DNA of 64,000 bases from an uncultured Candidatus Rokubacteria bacterium (lineage in GTDB: Bacteria; Methylomirabilota; Methylomirabilia; Rokubacteriales; CSP1-6): assembly GCA_963754315.1 (NCBI GenBank), contig CAVWFS010000008.1:628990-692989 (forward strand), in the 5' to 3' direction. Below the pieces are notes generated by a model, which saw nothing but the letters and a program-made list of their open reading frames with translations, did not search any database and had not been told where the DNA came from. This document shows positions 60,699 through 64,000 of the stretch, in pieces; the stretch's first letter is position 1; each line of letters starts with the position of its first letter. The position numbers and the translations under genes are program-made.

Positions 60699-60998
60699 TC
60701 AGCGTGGCTTGCGCATGACCACCAGGTCATGATGGTGGCCGACGTAGCCGGGCAGGATCGCGTCGACCGCGAAGTGTCGGCTCCACTGTTGGCGAACGAA
60801 CTCGGAGGCGGCGTAACTCGTTCCGTAGTAGCTGTTGTCCTCGATGTAGCCCTGAAGGGTTGAATCGCCGGGATAGTACACCATCCCGCGCCGCGTCCAG
60901 TCTCGCAACTGGGAGAGTGGCATCCCGCTTCGGACCGCGGCCGCGCTTCCGTGCGTCGTCATCAGGAGCACGGCGCCGGGGCGGGCAAGCCGGGACAA
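60699..60998 (-). pseudogene. C-terminal fragment of a class I SAM methyltransferase
   Basis: RLARPGAVLLMTTHG..HHHDLVVMRK; 5' part absent; highly similar to 63823-64000. Confidence 0.7.
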
Positions 60999-61534
60999 TT
61001 CTGCTTGTCCTTCGCCATAACCTGGTCCGAGGCGCTTGGCGACCTTTCCAGGCTCGGCTGACGGGCTCGAGAGTCAGGAGCCGTCTGCGGGAGTCATCGA
61101 ACGATCCGGAAGCTAGGCATTGTCTCCACTCGCGGCAGCCAGTCTCGTGCGCTGGGGGGCCGATGGGCCTAAACCGGCGCATGCTCATCGAGCGAGATAG
61201 TGCGATCCGGTGACATACGCGAAGGATGAGGTCAGAGTGCGCCGCGATACGCTGTCGTCGATGGACGACTAATGGTCCAGGGACTCCGCGGGACGAGCTG
61301 CAAGGCTTCTCGGCGCAATGGATTTAGCCCGGGCTACGGCATCCGGGCACGCCGCGGGCGGCCCTGAAGTCGCTGAGAGAGCCGCCATGGTTCCAAGTGC
61401 GCGCGGGACACCTCAGCACGATCGGAAATATCTACAGTGAGGGGGCAGCAAAATTTGCACGGCCGACGCGTGCACCTCACGCGCGCCCTCGGTTTAGATG
61501 TGACACGGCCAGCAAACGGCTACGACGCTGCGGG

Positions 61535-61550
61535 TGGCACGGCCGATGCT
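61535..61550 (+). promoter_or_regulatory. Sigma54-type promoter
   Basis: TGGCAC-GGCCG-ATGCT with GG-N10-GC spacing; GCAAAATTTGCA palindrome-like site near 61448-61459. Confidence 0.62.
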
Positions 61551-61687
61551 AGGTCCGCCTACAGGAGGCGATAGAACCGGCAGCCGACGAGAAGCGCGCG
61601 TGGGTGCACCCAGGATATGTTGCGTGGTAGAGGCGTTGCGGCGGCGTGCGCCAACACCAAGTTCTCGATCAACAAAGGGAGGCGATC

Positions 61688-62215
61688 ATGGCGATTGTGA
61701 AGCATAGGGGCCTACCGCTGGGCGCTGCGGTGGTGGCGGGCGCGTTCATCCTGCTCGGAAGCGGCGCGGCGGTCGCGATGGCCGACACGGTCATCACCGC
61801 CTGCGCGAAGAAGCAGAATGGCCAGCTCCGCCTGGTGAGCTCGGGGGACGAATGCCGTCCGAGCGAGACGGTGGTGCAGTGGATAGCGGCGGCCCCGGCC
61901 GGCCCGGGCGCGAAGACGATCAGCGGCCTGGTCAGGCCCAACGGCGCCACGCAGGTCGGCAGCGGTTTCACCTCTACCCGTAACGGCGCGGGCGACTACA
62001 CGATCCATTTTCCCCCCGGCACTTGGGCGTCAGTCCCCGTTATGGTGGTGAGCCCGTTCGGTCAGCCGGGCGGCGTTTCTTTCCCCGTCTGCGAGATCCC
62101 CAGCGTGTTAGGCTTCTTCAACGGGTCGGCCGATTTCAACGTGATTTGCAGCAGCACGGTGGGGTCTTGGACGCCCTTGGATGTGTATTTCTGGTTCATC
62201 ACGACCGCATCCTGA
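61688..62215 (+). CDS. Secreted hypothetical protein (Cys-pair N-domain plus beta-rich C-domain)
   Basis: AGGGAGG RBS, signal peptide, ITACAKKQNGQLRLV..C..SE..VQW, G.GFTSTR.GAGDYTI.F. Confidence 0.75.
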   Translation: MAIVKHRGLPLGAAVVAGAFILLGSGAAVAMADTVITACAKKQNGQLRLVSSGDECRPSETVVQWIAAAPAGPGAKTISGLVRPNGATQVGSGFTSTRNGAGDYTIHFPPGTWASVPVMVVSPFGQPGGVSFPVCEIPSVLGFFNGSADFNVICSSTVGSWTPLDVYFWFITTAS

Positions 62216-62426
62216 GCATGCCCGCGCGGACGCCAGACGGTGCTGAGCCGGCTCTAGCAGGGGAGGGTGCTCAGGCGATCGGGACGTCGTCAAGGGCCGC
62301 GTGAGCGGGCCGGAGGACGGCCCGGGCGGCGGTCGCCGGCGTGGGCCCCCCATCCCCCAAAATTTTCAAGATCGGCACGAGGCAACCGCCCCCGGCCCAT
62401 GCTCAGAAAATGTGTGAACCGGCCGG

Positions 62427-62604
62427 CTGAATGTCAACGGAGGGTCCATTTCCATCGGTCATCCGTTGGGCATGACCGGTTCGAGGCTGGTCGGCACCAT
62501 CGCCACCGAGATGCACCGGCGCAAGGCGCGCTACGGCGTGGTGACCATGTGCATCGGCGCCAAGGCATGGCCGGTCTGTTCGAAGCCTGTCAGTAGCTAG
62601 TCGG
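62427..62604 (+). repeat. Diverged duplicate of the thiolase 3' end (60462-60643)
   Basis: About 175 bp aligns by eye at roughly 90% identity, through the stop codon; small deletion in the GGGQG codons. Confidence 0.9.
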
Positions 62605-62658
62605 AAACCTCCGCTCCATCAGTCGCGGTGCGCCTCGCTTCTGGCTGCTCGCGGCTAC

Positions 62659-63704
62659 TCACACCACGTCGTAGAACCCCTCGTACGGCGAACCGGCGCG
62701 CGGCCAGCGATCGATCTCGTCGGCCAGGATGGCGATGTGCGGCGACAGGGTCGGGTGACCGGCGTACTCACGCTCCAGCCGGGCGGCGTACTCGCGCGCC
62801 CGATCCGGCCCGAGGCCATGGAGCAGCATGCGCCCACGGGCACAGCGAAGAACCCCCGCGGCAGTTCCGGTGTAGCCGGCCAGGCTCCGATCGAAGAGCG
62901 CCAGCAGATCCGGAAAGGACAGCCGTTCGTTCAGGGGCGTTTCGAACGCGTCGGGCGGCAGTGGCCGGGTGTAGACCCAGGCCGCGGTGCCGTTGAGGAT
63001 GAGGGGGACACCAGATCGAAGCTGTCGCGGTAGAACTCCATGAAGACGTGGAGCCAGTAGCAGAGCGTGTAGACATAGTCCTGGTGGATCAGCAGCGAGC
63101 GGCCGGGCACCATGTGCCGGTAGAAGATCCGCACGACCGCTTCGTGGTGACGCCAGTGGTGGGTGAAGTCCACGAACAGGATCTCGATGTCCCGCTCCGG
63201 CCATGACGCCTGGCAGATGTCCCCTTTGACGGAGGTGACGTGCTCGCCGAGGCGCCCCACGAACTCGTGAAACAGCGGCCGCGTGTCGTCCCCCGGGCGC
63301 AGCGGGGCGTCAGGCACGTAGGTCCGGTAGAACTCCGCAAACTCGAACAGGTCATAGGAGGTGATGCGCCGGAACTTGTCGTGGACCCTCGGGTTGTCTC
63401 GGAGCCCCGCGGCCAGCGCGCCCGCGGAGGCGCCCAGGAAAGCCCCCGCGTCCACGATCTCGCCCATGCCCGCATAGAAATCGCGAGCCGCGAAGTAGAG
63501 GAACTGCCGTTCCTCGCCGCCGAGCATGCCTGGCGGTGTCGTGGGCATGGCCTCGAGCGGCACGTCCCTCCACCTCTGACCCCGGAACACGCCGATCAGC
63601 GGCAAGCCTCGGTGGCTCGCGGGCCGAGCGTGCGCGGCCGGGTCACGGCGATCGGACGGGAGACGGTCTCGGGAGCGAATGACATCGGGTCGTCGAGCGG
63701 GCAT
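62659..63704 (-). CDS. Class I SAM methyltransferase-like protein; frameshift near 63006; start uncertain
   Basis: IVDAGAFLGAS, ITSYDLF, VKGDI, IEILFVD, LLIHQDY. Confidence 0.7.
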
Positions 63705-63813
63705 TTTACTGCCCGGCCATGACTCCGAAAAGCCCCGACGCCGAAGAGTCGATGGCGACCGTTCGAGGTCAACGTAACGTGTTCCGGAGGGGCGGGAGGC
63801 CTGACGTCATGAG

Positions 63814-64000
63814 TCAGAGCGACTTGCGCATGACCACCAGGTCATGATGGTGGTTGACGTAGCCAGGCAGGATCGCGTCGACCGCGAAGTATCGGCTCCA
63901 CTGCTGGCGAACGAAGTCGGAGGTGACGTAACTCGTTCCGTAGTAGCTGTTGTCCTCGATGTAGCCCTGCAGGGTGGAATCGCCCGGGTGGTACACCATC
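63814..64000 (-). CDS. Class I SAM methyltransferase, C-terminal part (5' end outside window)
   Basis: YYGTSY..FVRQQWSRYF..HHHDLVVMRK; paralog of the fragment at 60699-60998. Confidence 0.65.
   Translation of the reverse strand, partial: MVYHPGDSTLQGYIEDNSYYGTSYVTSDFVRQQWSRYFAVDAILPGYVNHHHDLVVMRKSL

Overview
GC-rich bacterial window. The gene content and repeat style suggest a soil lineage such as Ca. Rokubacteria/Methylomirabilota, but this is an inference. Most of it is metabolic: acyl-CoA dehydrogenases and ligases, TPP enzymes, LLM oxidoreductases, thiolases, aroC, mgsA, nudC, pepP, an M16 peptidase, MscS and an ECF sigma/anti-sigma pair, plus four toxin-antitoxin-like pairs. About 15 genes carry single-base frameshifts, several in homopolymer runs, most likely long-read indel errors. 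The main discovery is at 16.3-18.4 kb, largely missed by the ORF track: an array of six short minus-strand genes (47-58 aa). Five share an exactly 32-aa, Lys/Arg-rich leader ending (D/N)L-x4-KA(K/R)NV-x-GG followed by a hypervariable 15-19 aa core; the sixth is a divergent DL..V.GG member. They appear to be driven by two copies of a duplicated ~115-bp module with a perfect sigma54 -24/-12 element. The array lies next to an orphan Fis-type HTH and upstream of a ~1,360-aa secreted G8/TMEM2-like protein. No transporter or modifying enzyme is nearby, and two cores resemble beta-strands of T6SS Hcp. Other notable items: a solitary integron cassette (BrnT/BrnA plus attC), a probable 3-sulfinopropionyl-CoA desulfinase homologue, an ACAD10-like HAD/kinase/ACAD trio, a 5 x ~84-bp palindromic tandem repeat, a duplicated thiolase 3' end flanking a sigma54-driven secreted-protein gene, and many apparently leaderless genes. 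No rRNA, tRNA or CRISPR array was recognised.
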